NCBI GenBank assembly: GCA_050251945.1 | Contig: JBFWLW010000005.1 | Coordinates: 128,001-192,000, forward strand | Length of the DNA stretch: 64,000 bases | Source of the DNA: Deferribacterales bacterium | GTDB lineage: Bacteria > Chrysiogenota > Deferribacteres > Deferribacterales > Geovibrionaceae | Direction: 5' to 3' | Part shown: piece after piece, positions 32,001 to 44,203 of the stretch | How the letters are laid out: each line of letters begins with the position of its first letter | How positions within the stretch are numbered: position 1 is the first letter of the stretch | Notes under the pieces: model-generated | The model's input: the letters and a program-made list of their open reading frames with translations, nothing else | The model's database searches: none | What the model was told of the DNA's origin: nothing | Made by a program: the position numbers and the translations under genes

Positions 32001-32668
32001 GAAACAATTCAGCGCTTGTTGTATTTTCGGGCGGACAGGACAGCACAACCTGTCTCGGCTGGGCTTTAAAGAGATTTGAAAAGGTACATACCATAACTTT
32101 TGGCTACGGACAGAACCATTCAGTTGAACTGGTTCAGGCGGAAAAAATAGCGGAAAAAATGGGCGTGAGCCATAAACTTGTTGATATATCGTTCTTTGCA
32201 GGATTAGTGGATTCCGCGCTGACAACGAAAGGCGCGGACGTTTCCGAGCGCCACCCCAGACTCAAAAAACTTCCGGCGTCATACGTTCCCAACCGTAACG
32301 CGCTTTTTCTGACACTTTCACATGCCTATGCACAGCTCAAGGGGTGCGACAATCTTGTGGCAGGAGTTTGCGAAACGGATTATTCAGGTTATCCCGACTG
32401 CCGCATGGTGTTTGTTCAGGCGCAGGAGAGGGCGCTTAACCTCGGAAGCGATACGGAGCTTATCATACATACTCCCCTGATGTATCTGAACAAGGCGGAA
32501 ACTTTTAAACTGGCGAAGGACTGCGGAGTTCTTGATATCGTTCTTGAAGACAGCCACACATGCTATCAGGGCGACAGAAGCGAAAGACACGACTGGGGCT
32601 ATGGCTGCGGTGAATGTCCCGCATGTAAACTGCGGTCGAAAGGTTATGAGGATTTTTTAAAACTCTAG
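31997..32668 (+). CDS. queC: 7-cyano-7-deazaguanine synthase
   Basis: FSGGQDSTTC, VPNRN, YSGYPDCR, CGECPACKLR. Confidence 0.96.
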   Translation: MRNNSALVVFSGGQDSTTCLGWALKRFEKVHTITFGYGQNHSVELVQAEKIAEKMGVSHKLVDISFFAGLVDSALTTKGADVSERHPRLKKLPASYVPNRNALFLTLSHAYAQLKGCDNLVAGVCETDYSGYPDCRMVFVQAQERALNLGSDTELIIHTPLMYLNKAETFKLAKDCGVLDIVLEDSHTCYQGDRSERHDWGYGCGECPACKLRSKGYEDFLKL

Positions 32669-32837
32669 AGCATTTAAGGAAATGGATGTCATATGCCGTG
32701 CAATAAGATAAATGCGAGATCGCGTCGTCGCTGTGCTCCTCGCGAAGACGGGCTTTCTATTCGTCTTTGCGAACCCCTTTAGGGGTGAAGCAATCTCGTC
32801 TTTCGGTATAAGATATAACTTACGTTAAGTGCTCTGG
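32665..32837. mobile_element. Putative MITE shell with CTAGAGCA-type ends containing a REP doublet
   Basis: CTAGAGCATTTAA … TTAAGTGCTCTGG (11/13 IR); REP units 32717-32749 and 32763-32796 inside. Confidence 0.5.
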
Positions 32838-32855
32838 GTTGTGGAGAGCAATCTC

Positions 32856-34556
32856 TCACCTTCTTACATTCTCTATTAGAACGCGGAGACTGGAAAGAAA
32901 CTGTGCGAAATTCTTTGAATCCACAAGTACGGAGGATGCGTCGGGCTGGTTGAACGTTTTTGCTATTTCTGCGAAGAGGTTCAGAAGAAGTGCGTTTTCG
33001 CTTTCAGGTACCAGTATGACTATTATTACCTGCGCGAATGTACCGTCGGACGAGTCGAAATTTATGCCGCCGCGTGATATGCCGACGGCTATGACTGGAT
33101 GTTTCAAGCCCTTAACCCTTGCATGAGGAACCGCAACGCCGTTTGAAAGCCCTGTTGGCATAAGCTTTTCGCGCTCTATCAGCGTTTCTTTTATCACGTT
33201 TACGTCAAGACCTGTCCTTCGGAAAAGGACGCTCAGCTCTTCAATGACCTCTATCGGTGTTCGTGCCGAAACGTTGCTGATGAAGTATTTATCCGAAAGG
33301 TATGAAACGAACCTTCTGCCCGGTTTAAGCTGCAGAACCCTTTTGATCACCGGACCGCAGAAGAGCGATGTCGCAAGAGCCATCACCAGAAGCGACACGA
33401 ATAGCTTTTCGTCTATAACGCCCATCTGCAATGCGAGCAGTGCAAGGATTATTTCCATTGCTCCGCGCGCGTTCAGCGCAACGCCTATCGCAATGGACTC
33501 CCTGTTTGAAAGTCCGCTCAGTTTCGCGGTTATGCCGCTTCCGAATATTTTGCCGGCAAAAGCTATGGCTATGATTATCATTGTGAGTACGAAATCGAAA
33601 TTGGCGGTGATGTTCACCTTAAGCCCGATGCTGGCGAAGAAAAGGGGTGCGAACACGAAAGACACAAGCTGTGTGATGGTCTTTCTGGTGTGTTCTGAAA
33701 GGTGTTTGCTGTCGCCCAGTGCAACGCCGGCGAGAAACGAACCGAATATTGCGTGTATGCCTATGACCTCTGCCGCGGCGGCGCTAAAAAATGTCACCAC
33801 CAGCACGAAGCCGAGAGTTCCGGCAGGCCAGCTGAGATATGCCTGAACCCATGTCAGCGCTTTATCTATTATCTTCCGACCGATTGTGAGCATCGCGGCA
33901 GAGAAGAGTATCGTCATAACCAGTGTGGCGACAATTCCCGATGCTCCGGTATGCCCTATGCCGAACAGAGCGAGGATGACCGCGAACACAAGCCAGCCGA
34001 TAAGGTCGTTCAGAACGGCGGCGGCTATGGTTATCATGCCCAGCTCGCTTCTGTAAAGGTTCAGATCCATAAGTGTTCTTGCTATTACAGGCAGGGCGGA
34101 TATGGACATTGCAGTCGCGATGAAAAGCGCAAAGATGGTGTCGTAATGCCCTACGGCGGCTCCGAACTGTTCGGGGAACATGTATGCCGCGCCGAATCCG
34201 GCTATGAAGGGGACTATGAGACCGCCTATGCCTGTTATGGCGGCGATGCGTCTTGCTTTTATGATGGCGGCGAACTCCACCTCCATTCCGGCGACCAGCA
34301 GGAAAAGTGCGATTGATACGGAGGTGATGCCCTCAATCATGGACGCTGTGTGTCCCTCTGCGGGAAACATCCAATGGAGCATGTCGGGAGAGATATAACC
34401 GAAGACGGTTGGACCCAGAACAAGCCCCGCGATGATCTCGCCAAGAACGGCAGGCTGATTCAGGCGGCGGGCGATTTCGCCGAAACTCCATGCGAAAAAC
34501 AGAAGCACGCCAATTGACAGAAATAACGGTGCGGCAACTTCGGCTGAACCTTCCAT
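32856..34556 (-). CDS. Cation:proton antiporter (CPA2) fused to a PTS EIIA-type domain
   Basis: GEIIAGLVLGP, SISALPVIAR, LNARGAMEII; C-terminal REKLMPTG..GVAVPHAR. Confidence 0.88.
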   Translation of the reverse strand: MEGSAEVAAPLFLSIGVLLFFAWSFGEIARRLNQPAVLGEIIAGLVLGPTVFGYISPDMLHWMFPAEGHTASMIEGITSVSIALFLLVAGMEVEFAAIIKARRIAAITGIGGLIVPFIAGFGAAYMFPEQFGAAVGHYDTIFALFIATAMSISALPVIARTLMDLNLYRSELGMITIAAAVLNDLIGWLVFAVILALFGIGHTGASGIVATLVMTILFSAAMLTIGRKIIDKALTWVQAYLSWPAGTLGFVLVVTFFSAAAAEVIGIHAIFGSFLAGVALGDSKHLSEHTRKTITQLVSFVFAPLFFASIGLKVNITANFDFVLTMIIIAIAFAGKIFGSGITAKLSGLSNRESIAIGVALNARGAMEIILALLALQMGVIDEKLFVSLLVMALATSLFCGPVIKRVLQLKPGRRFVSYLSDKYFISNVSARTPIEVIEELSVLFRRTGLDVNVIKETLIEREKLMPTGLSNGVAVPHARVKGLKHPVIAVGISRGGINFDSSDGTFAQVIIVILVPESENALLLNLFAEIAKTFNQPDASSVLVDSKNFAQFLSSLRVLIENVRR

Positions 34557-34617
34557 CACAACCTCTTTTTAAAAGTCACAGGATTATGGCGTAATCGGTT
34601 TAATTTTGCAACTGATT

Positions 34618-35376
34618 CTATTGTCCCGCGGGTTTGCGGATGAGTATCTCGACACGTCTGTTCTGCTCGCGGTCGCTCTCGGTTATGTTAGGCACCACAG
34701 GCTGATACTGACCGTATGCCACTGCGCTGAAACGTTCGGGGCTGAGTGCCGGATTTTTCAGTATCTCTTTCATAAAGTTTATGGCGCGTTCGGAGGACAG
34801 CTCCCAGTTTGATGTAAATTCGCTGCCTTCCGACGGGTTATCGTCGGTATGACCCGCTACCTGTACCTTTTCCTGCGTTTTTTCAAGTATGATGGACAGG
34901 TCATAAGCTATCTTCTGCGCCTGCGGGATCAGCTCGGCACTGCCGGACCGGAACAGTGCGACGTCTTTTATGGTAAGCATAAGCCCTTCGTCGGTCATGG
35001 ATGTGACCATATAGCCGGGCAGGTTCTCCATAGTGATATACTGGTTTAGCTTGTGCTGTACGGACGAAAGCTCACCGTTCTTGTTGGGGATCAGCTGCTT
35101 GGAGACCTCGCCCTGATCGCTTGTCTTTTCGTTGTTGTCGGTTGAGTGCTTTTCGTTGGAGGGCTGTATGGAAGCGTCACCCATCACCCCTTTCTGAGAG
35201 GTGAAGATGATGCTGAACACCTTGCTCATCTCCTGAAGTTTCACTTTGTCCACCTGACTTGTGGCGAAAAGAACTATGAACAGCGCCAGAAGCAGGGTCA
35301 GAAGGTCGGCATAGGGTATAAGCCACGTTTCGTCGGCATGTTCCTCATGTTTGGGGCAGCGTTTTTTCCTTGCCAT
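34618..35376 (-). CDS. motB: Flagellar stator protein B
   Basis: WLIPYADLLTLLLALFIVLFA; OmpA-like GHTDD, NWELS..RA, NRRVEI. Confidence 0.93.
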   Translation of the reverse strand: MARKKRCPKHEEHADETWLIPYADLLTLLLALFIVLFATSQVDKVKLQEMSKVFSIIFTSQKGVMGDASIQPSNEKHSTDNNEKTSDQGEVSKQLIPNKNGELSSVQHKLNQYITMENLPGYMVTSMTDEGLMLTIKDVALFRSGSAELIPQAQKIAYDLSIILEKTQEKVQVAGHTDDNPSEGSEFTSNWELSSERAINFMKEILKNPALSPERFSAVAYGQYQPVVPNITESDREQNRRVEILIRKPAGQ

Positions 35377-35377
35377 A

Positions 35378-36148
35378 TTATATTTCCGGTATTTTTCTTT
35401 CGTGCGCCTGAAGGAACACTGAAAGTTTATCCTGCATTGTTGATACTGAATCTCCTGCCTGAAGGGACATTATGCCCGCGAAGACTATCTTTTTGAGTTC
35501 CGCCTCGTGGTGGGACATCCTTTTAAGTTTGTTGCAGAAAGGGTTGCAGATAACGTAGCCGACGAAGATACCTAGCAGGGTGGCTATGAACGCCGCAGCG
35601 ATGGAGTGACCGAGTTTTTCAATGTCGTTCAGATTTCCCAGAGCCGCTATCAGACCGACGACCGCACCGAGAACGCCCAGTGTAGGGGCATATCCTCCCG
35701 CCTGTGAAAATATGGATGCAAAACCGTGGTGGCGTTCCTCCATAAGAGCGATGTCCTGATCCAGAACGGTTTCGACAAAATCAGGTTCGCGCCCGTCAAT
35801 GATCATCATCAGCCCTTTTTTTATGAACAGATCCTGCATCTCCGCCGCATGGGGTTCAAGGGCGAGCAGCCCGTCGCGTCTGGCTATTGATGCGTAATGG
35901 AGAAACATCTCAATCACTTCCTCCTCTTTCATTAGTTTCTGACCAAGAAATATTTTGCCGAGAAGTTTCGGAAATGCTTTCAGATCTCGCAGTGGAAAGG
36001 CGTTCAAAATTGCGGCGGCTGTTCCGCCGATGATGATGAGATATGCCGCGGGTACGAGAAGCGCATGCATGGCAACGCCCTTCATTACCATTCCTACGCC
36101 AAGCGCAACGAAGGCAACGATGAGACCGATGATAGTTGAAGGTTCCAT
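35378..36148 (-). CDS. motA: Flagellar stator protein A
   Basis: ARRDGLLALE, GYAPTLGVLGAVVGLI, AAAFIATLLG. Confidence 0.93.
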   Translation of the reverse strand: MEPSTIIGLIVAFVALGVGMVMKGVAMHALLVPAAYLIIIGGTAAAILNAFPLRDLKAFPKLLGKIFLGQKLMKEEEVIEMFLHYASIARRDGLLALEPHAAEMQDLFIKKGLMMIIDGREPDFVETVLDQDIALMEERHHGFASIFSQAGGYAPTLGVLGAVVGLIAALGNLNDIEKLGHSIAAAFIATLLGIFVGYVICNPFCNKLKRMSHHEAELKKIVFAGIMSLQAGDSVSTMQDKLSVFLQAHERKIPEI

Positions 36149-36246
36149 TTTTATATGACCTCAGTTGAGATTATGTCATATTTATACACTTGAATATGTA
36201 ATGTGCAAGAGAGATTTTTTATTTTATATAAGTAATATACGCCGTT

Positions 36247-38112
<1,866 letters not shown>

Positions 38113-38212
38113 ATTATTCCTTCAAATGGTTTTTAACGATGATAGCAAAGTGGACAGAGTAAAGGGAAGGGGAAATTATGTATAAAAATGAGATTTCAGG
38201 ATGAAATCCGCG

Positions 38213-38393
38213 GAGTGATGACAAAGTCAGTAAAATGCGGGATTGCGTCGTCGATTTATTCGATAAATAGTTTAAAGTGGACTCATTCAGCCTTCGGCTA
38301 GTGCTCCTCGCGAAGACAAAAAAACGTCTCTGCGAGGGTTTTAACCCGAAGCAGTCTAATGTGAGTCTGTGTAAATTTAGTTTGTCAACAACC
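38213..38393. mobile_element. MITE with IS1182-like ends and a 24-bp direct repeat, carrying a REP doublet
   Basis: Ends GAGTGATGACAAAGTC and AGTTTGTCAACAACC; perfect DR TGAGATTTCAGGATGAAATCCGCG at 38189-38212 and 38394-38417. Confidence 0.75.
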
Positions 38394-38441
38394 TGAGATT
38401 TCAGGATGAAATCCGCGAAGAAAAAATTATGTATAAAAATG

Positions 38442-38512
38442 AGACTGCCGCGGGCTTCGCCCTCGCAGAGACGCAAAATGTCTTCGCGAGGAGCGCAGCG
38501 ACGCGGCGATCT
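38442..38512. repeat. REP-like doublet (GTCTCTGCGAG family)
   Basis: AGACTGCCGCGGGCTTCGCCCTCGCAGAGAC + GTCTTCGCGAGGAGCGCAGCGACGCGGCGATCT in inverted orientation. Confidence 0.8.
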
Positions 38513-38524
38513 CACTGAAATCTG

Positions 38525-39919
38525 TTATTTCTGCCCGCCGCCAAGTGCCTTGTAAAGGTTGATCCGGCTGGTTATATCAGCCTCCTTCACAGATACAAGT
38601 GCGATCTGTGCATTGAACAGTGACTGTTGTGCTTCAAGTACGGCAAGGTAGCTGTCCACACCTTTTTCATAACGCAGGAACGAAAGCTCATAGGAGCGTT
38701 TTGCCGCTGCCGTCTGCGCTTTCTGCGCGTCGAACTGTTTACCGTAGGTAGCCTTTGCGGAAAGTCCGTCCATAACCTCTTTGAAAGCGGTCTGAATGGC
38801 AAGTTCATATTCTGCCGCAGCTATCTTCTGGTTGTTGTTTGCGTTTTCCAGATTCACCTTGTTTTTGCCTGCATCAAAGATCGGCAGGTCTATTTTCGGA
38901 GCGAAACTCCATGCAAAGGTGGAACCGGATGAGAACAGGTCGCCAAGCTCGCTGCTTGCCACACCGAAATAGCCTGTAAGTGAGACAGAGGGGAAGAATG
39001 CCGCTCTTGCCGCGCCTATATTGGCGTTATACGATATGAGATTCTGTTCGCTCTGGCGCACGTCGGGTCTGTTCAGCAGAACGTCGGAAGGCATGCCCAC
39101 CGGAAGTTCCTTTATGAACTCGACGTTGTCCATGTCCTCTTTAAGGAGCGATCCGTCAAGGTCTGCGCCTGCAAGGAGTACGAGAGCGTTCTTATCCTGC
39201 TCTTTTGCCCTTGTATACTGCTGAATGGATGCTTTTGCCGCCTCAACGGATGACACTGCCTGAACGAGGTCAAGCTCGGTGCGGACACCGGCGTCATATC
39301 CTCTTTTCACGAGGGCGTAAGAATCCTGATTTGATTTCAGCGTATCCTGAGAGATTTCCAACATTCTGGAATCCGCCAGATAGGTTATGTATGCGTTGGC
39401 TGTTTCAGCTATAAGCGAAGTCTGAGCCGCTGTTCTTGCCTCTTCGGTTGCCATGTACTGGCGCAGAGCAGCTTCGTTAAGGCTTCTGACCTTGCCGAAG
39501 AAGTCAATCTCGTAAGAGGTGTTCACGTTGGCGGAGAACGACGAGCTTGTGACAGATCGTCCCGTTGAGCTTGCGTTTTCCGGTACAGCGGCTCTTGAGC
39601 CTTCAGCCGTAAGGTTTACAGACGGAAGAAGGTCAGCTTTCTGTATCCTGTACGCTGCTCTTGCCTTTTCAATGTTCAGAGCGGCAACGCGCAGGTCTCT
39701 GTTGTTATCCAGAGCGGTCTGTATGACCTTCTGCATGTTTTCTGAGCGGAAATATTCTTTCCATGCGATGTCTGCCGCTTTTTGCTCTGAAACTTCGGTC
39801 TTGGTGTCGCCCCACTGGTTTGAAACCGGCATGTCGGGGCGTTTGTATTCCGGAGCCATGGTGGCGCACCCTGCCATGAGGGTGACCGCCGCCGCAGTTA
39901 TTACGATTTTATTTAACAT
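38525..39919 (-). CDS. RND outer membrane factor (OprM/NodT family lipoprotein)
   Basis: Lipobox [34 protein letters not shown]. Confidence 0.93.
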   Translation of the reverse strand: MLNKIVITAAAVTLMAGCATMAPEYKRPDMPVSNQWGDTKTEVSEQKAADIAWKEYFRSENMQKVIQTALDNNRDLRVAALNIEKARAAYRIQKADLLPSVNLTAEGSRAAVPENASSTGRSVTSSSFSANVNTSYEIDFFGKVRSLNEAALRQYMATEEARTAAQTSLIAETANAYITYLADSRMLEISQDTLKSNQDSYALVKRGYDAGVRTELDLVQAVSSVEAAKASIQQYTRAKEQDKNALVLLAGADLDGSLLKEDMDNVEFIKELPVGMPSDVLLNRPDVRQSEQNLISYNANIGAARAAFFPSVSLTGYFGVASSELGDLFSSGSTFAWSFAPKIDLPIFDAGKNKVNLENANNNQKIAAAEYELAIQTAFKEVMDGLSAKATYGKQFDAQKAQTAAAKRSYELSFLRYEKGVDSYLAVLEAQQSLFNAQIALVSVKEADITSRINLYKALGGGQK

Positions 39920-42900
39920 TGTCAATCTCCCTGCGTATGATCTTTCTGCCGAATTTTCCTCTGATCATAATGAAGAACATGGGCACGAATATCATTGCGA
40001 GGAACGTTGCCGCTATCATACCGCCGATAACACCTATACCGATTGCGTTCTGGCTCGCAGAGCCTGCGCCGTTTGAAATGGCAAGGGGTGTAACACCGAG
40101 GATAAACGCCAGTGACGTCATTACGATGGGACGCAGCCTCATTTTTGATGCGTGCATTGCCGATTCTATAAGATCCATTCCGTGGTCATAAAGTTCGCTC
40201 GCAAACTCAACGATAAGAATGGCGTTCTTCGCCGCAAGACCGATGGTGGTAAGCATACCCACCTGGAAGTATACGTCGTTTGACATTCCGAAGAATTTTG
40301 TCGCAGCGACCGTACCGAAGATACCCATGGGAACGATAAGGATTACCGCGAAAGGCACAGCCCAGCTTTCATACAGTGCCGCCAGACAGAGGAACACTAT
40401 AAGAAGCGAGAGAGAATACAGAAGCATGGTCTGTGAACCCGCCTGAATCTCTTCATATGAGAGTCCCGTCCATTCAAAACCTATACCTCTCGGCAGTTTC
40501 TGCGCAAAGCCTTCCATGATGGACATCGCTTCGCCGGAGCTGACACCCTGTGCCGCCTGTCCCATTATCTCCTGAGAAGACGTACCGTTATACCTTTCCA
40601 GTTTAGGTGATCCGTATGTCCAGTGCGCTGTGGCAAAGGACGAGAACGGAACCATCTGCCCGCTGCTGTTCTTGATATACCATTTGCTTATGTCATCGGG
40701 TTTCATACGGGATGTTGCGTCACCCTGAATGTAGACCTTTTTGATACGTCCTTCGTGGAGGAAGTCGTTTATGTATGACGAACCCCACGCTGACTGGAGT
40801 GTACTGTTAATATCCGATATGGAGAGACCGAGAGCCGATGCTTTTTCATGGTCTATGTCCACTTTATACATAGGAACGTCGGACAGACCGTTGGGACGCA
40901 CGCCCGAAAGTCTTTTATCCTGTGAAGCCATTCCCAGCATCTGGTTTCTGGCGTTCATCAGTGTTTCGTGTCCGAGGTTTGCTCTGTCGACAAGCTGCAT
41001 ATCGAAACCGGTTGCGTTGCCCAGCTCGATGATTGGGGGCGGGAAGAATGCGAACACCATTGCGTCCTTAATGGGGTACAATGCTCCCATTGCGCGTTGA
41101 GCAATGGCTGCCGCTTTCTGGTCGGGTCTTTTTCTTTCAGACCAGTCTTTCAGCCTTACAAAGCCGAGACCCGAGTTCTGTCCGCGTCCGGCAAAGCTGA
41201 AGCCTACAATTGTGAAAACGGCTTCAACGTTATCTTTTTCAGCAGTCATGAAGTAGTCTTCGACTTTTTTCATTGTTTCTCTTGTTCTTTCCTGCGTTGA
41301 TCCGGGAGGTGTTGAAACCTGTACGAATACGACACCCTGATCCTCGTCGGGGAGGAAAGAAGTGGGGATATGCATGAACAGATAGACCAGACCGCCTATT
41401 ATAAGACCGTAAAGGATGAGGAAACGTCCAACCTTTCCGGCAACGTAGCCTACGCTGGTTTCATACATATCGCGGCTTGCGTTGAACATTCTGTTGAACC
41501 AGCCGAAAAAGCCTGTCATGTGTTCCTTATGCCCTTTTTCAACAGGTTTGAGCATTGTGGCACAGAGCGCCGGAGTCAGTATCAGTGCAATCAGTACCGA
41601 CAGAGCCATCGCCGAAACAATGGTGATGGAGAACTGACGGTAGATGGCTCCTGTTGAGCCTGCAAAGAATGCCATGGGAACGAACACAGCGGAGAGAACC
41701 AGAGCGATACCGACAAGTGCGGATGTGATCTGATCCATTGATTTGCGCGTAGCATCTCTTGGACTCAGTCCTTCCTCACTCATGATACGTTCAACGTTCT
41801 CGACAACGACAATGGCGTCGTCCACCAGCAGACCGATGGCAAGTACCATCGCAAACATCGTAAGGGTGTTTATGGTGAACCCGAATGCCGAAAGTACAGC
41901 AAACGTACCCAGAAGAACAACGGGAACCGCAATCGTCGGGATCAGGGTAGCCCTGAAGTTCTGAAGGAACAGGAACATTACGAAGAACACCAGAATGATG
42001 GCTTCTATCAGTGTCTTAACAACCTCGTGAATAGAAAGCTCAACAAAAGGCGTTGAGTCATAAGGGTAGACAACCTCAAGACCTTCCGGCATGAAGGCTG
42101 AAAGTTCATTTATTTTAGCTTTAACAAGTCTTGCAGTTTCAAGGGCGTTGGCTCCCGTGGCAAGGCTCACAGCCATACCGGTGGCGGGCATCCCTTTGTA
42201 TTTTGTCAAAAAGTCATAGCTTTGTACGCCGAGTTCAATTCTCGCAACGTCTTTCAGACGAACCTGTGAGCCGTCGGTATTGACCTTAACGAGTATCTTT
42301 TCAAAATCCGCAACCGTTTTCAGTTTGGACTGAGCCGTAACTGTGGCGTTAAGCTGCTGACCTTTAACAGAGGGGGTACCGCCGAGCTGACCCGCGGAAA
42401 CGTCCGCGTTCTGCGCTTCAATAGCTGAAGATATGTCCGATACGGACAGCTTGTAGTTGTTCAGCTTGCTTGGGTCGAGCCAGATACGCATTGCATACTG
42501 CTGACCGAAGACCGTAAGGGTACCGACGCCCGGAACACGGCTTACGGGATCCGCAACCTTAGAGTTCAGGTAGTCACCGATGGCGTTCTGATCTATCTTT
42601 CCGTCTTTGGAATAGAAACCTGCGACCAGAAGGAAACCTTTTGATGCTTTGGTGACCGTTACTCCCTGTTCCTGAACTTCCTGCGGCAGTGTGGACATGG
42701 CGCTTTGCAGTTTATTCTGTACCTGAACCTGCGCGATATCGGGGTCTGCCTCCGGCTCGAACGTCAGCGTAATTGTAACGTTACCTGTGGAGTCACTGGC
42801 AGATGAGAAATAACGCAGATAGTCGATACCTGTCATTTTCTGTTCGATGACCTGTGTGACACTGTTTTCCAAAGCCTCTGCGGATGCGCCGGGATAATAG

Positions 42901-43040
42901 GCGCGTATCTCGACAGAAGGCGGTGCTATGCGGGGATACTGCTCAACGGGCAGCGTTTCAATCGCCAGAATACCCCCAAGCATAATTACGATAGCTATCA
43001 CCCATGCAAAGACTGGGCGGTCTATGAAGAATCTTGACAT
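39909..43040 (-). CDS. acrB: RND efflux permease (AcrB/MexB family)
   Basis: [44 protein letters not shown]. Confidence 0.95.
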   Translation of the reverse strand: MSRFFIDRPVFAWVIAIVIMLGGILAIETLPVEQYPRIAPPSVEIRAYYPGASAEALENSVTQVIEQKMTGIDYLRYFSSASDSTGNVTITLTFEPEADPDIAQVQVQNKLQSAMSTLPQEVQEQGVTVTKASKGFLLVAGFYSKDGKIDQNAIGDYLNSKVADPVSRVPGVGTLTVFGQQYAMRIWLDPSKLNNYKLSVSDISSAIEAQNADVSAGQLGGTPSVKGQQLNATVTAQSKLKTVADFEKILVKVNTDGSQVRLKDVARIELGVQSYDFLTKYKGMPATGMAVSLATGANALETARLVKAKINELSAFMPEGLEVVYPYDSTPFVELSIHEVVKTLIEAIILVFFVMFLFLQNFRATLIPTIAVPVVLLGTFAVLSAFGFTINTLTMFAMVLAIGLLVDDAIVVVENVERIMSEEGLSPRDATRKSMDQITSALVGIALVLSAVFVPMAFFAGSTGAIYRQFSITIVSAMALSVLIALILTPALCATMLKPVEKGHKEHMTGFFGWFNRMFNASRDMYETSVGYVAGKVGRFLILYGLIIGGLVYLFMHIPTSFLPDEDQGVVFVQVSTPPGSTQERTRETMKKVEDYFMTAEKDNVEAVFTIVGFSFAGRGQNSGLGFVRLKDWSERKRPDQKAAAIAQRAMGALYPIKDAMVFAFFPPPIIELGNATGFDMQLVDRANLGHETLMNARNQMLGMASQDKRLSGVRPNGLSDVPMYKVDIDHEKASALGLSISDINSTLQSAWGSSYINDFLHEGRIKKVYIQGDATSRMKPDDISKWYIKNSSGQMVPFSSFATAHWTYGSPKLERYNGTSSQEIMGQAAQGVSSGEAMSIMEGFAQKLPRGIGFEWTGLSYEEIQAGSQTMLLYSLSLLIVFLCLAALYESWAVPFAVILIVPMGIFGTVAATKFFGMSNDVYFQVGMLTTIGLAAKNAILIVEFASELYDHGMDLIESAMHASKMRLRPIVMTSLAFILGVTPLAISNGAGSASQNAIGIGVIGGMIAATFLAMIFVPMFFIMIRGKFGRKIIRREIDNVK

Positions 43041-43051
43041 CTATTTAATCC

Positions 43052-44179
43052 TTACTTCTTTTCATAGGGAACGGTTTTAACGGTTGCTCCGGCCTGAACT
43101 TTCATAAGTCCTTCCACCATTACAACGTCTCCCGCCGCAACACCGCTGTCAACCAGCCATTTGTCGCCCACAACGGAAGAAACTTTAACAGGTGCAGGAT
43201 TCACCACACCGTTCTTGTCAACCTTGAAAATGATGGTGCTGCCGTCGGCGTTTCTTATAACTGCCTGCTGGGGGATAAGTATTGCGTTATCAACCTTTGA
43301 CTGTACCAGTTTCGCATGTACGAAAAGTCCGGGGAGTATATCCATTTCCGGATTATCGAATATTGCGCGCAGTTGCACCATTCCTGTTGTTTCGTCAACG
43401 GTAACGTCGGAGAACTGAAGGTGTCCGAGAAGTCTGAACGTCTGTCCGCTCTCAAATATCAGCTCAACCTGAGGCTTGCTTCCAAGGGTGTTTTTAAGGT
43501 TCATGACCTCTTCTGCAGACTGCGTAAGATCAACATAAACTCTGTCGAGCTGCTGAACGGTTGCAAGTGCAGTTTCCTGATTAGCTGTTACAAGAGCACC
43601 TTCGGTGACGGACGATTTACCTATGCGTCCGGAAACGGGTGAAAGCACTTTTGTATATTTAAGGTCTATCTGCGCCTGTGTAACGGCTGCCTTTGCAACG
43701 GCGATATCCGCCTTTGCCTGAGCCAGAGACGCTGTTGCGTCGTCATAGTCCTGTTTGCTCACAGCACCCGCTTTAACGAGTTCTGCGTATCTTTCAGCTT
43801 TCGCCTGAACAGACATAATGTTCGCTTCCGTTTTCTGCAGAGCGGCAACGGCGCTGTCATATGCCGCCTGATAAGGTGCGGGGTCTATCTGATAAAGCTG
43901 TTGTCCCTCTTTAACGTTGCCCCCTTCTGTGAACAGTCTTTTGATTATGATCCCTGATACCTGCGGGCGTATCTGTGCAACGCGGTATGCTGATGTCCTT
44001 CCCGGAAGCTCTTTGCTAACGGCGACTGTTTCAGGTGTTGCCGTTACAACGCTTATTTCTGTCGGGGGCATTGCTCCTGCCTGACCCTGCTGTCCGGCAG
44101 GTTTTTTTGTCATCCAGTACGCAGCGGCAATAACAACGATAGCCAATGCGGCAACGGCGAATAATACCTTGTTTTTCAT
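43052..44179 (-). CDS. acrA: RND membrane fusion protein
   Basis: ELPGRTSAYRVAQIRPQVSG, LYQIDP, VDETTG. Confidence 0.92.
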   Translation of the reverse strand: MKNKVLFAVAALAIVVIAAAYWMTKKPAGQQGQAGAMPPTEISVVTATPETVAVSKELPGRTSAYRVAQIRPQVSGIIIKRLFTEGGNVKEGQQLYQIDPAPYQAAYDSAVAALQKTEANIMSVQAKAERYAELVKAGAVSKQDYDDATASLAQAKADIAVAKAAVTQAQIDLKYTKVLSPVSGRIGKSSVTEGALVTANQETALATVQQLDRVYVDLTQSAEEVMNLKNTLGSKPQVELIFESGQTFRLLGHLQFSDVTVDETTGMVQLRAIFDNPEMDILPGLFVHAKLVQSKVDNAILIPQQAVIRNADGSTIIFKVDKNGVVNPAPVKVSSVVGDKWLVDSGVAAGDVVMVEGLMKVQAGATVKTVPYEKK

Positions 44180-44203
44180 CGCTTTTTTCCTCAAAAATCA
44201 GAT

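Noticed and set aside
34618..36148. motAB as Zorya zorAB defence genes
   Set aside because: MotA is normal length without the long ZorA tail, and there is no zorC/D/E.
38173..38512. Direct repeats as a mini CRISPR array
   Set aside because: Only two copies of each repeat, irregular spacing, no cas genes; better explained as target duplications.
38114..38515. 133-aa ORF across the ABC-F/OMF spacer
   Set aside because: Made of REP and MITE sequence; no transposase or other motif.
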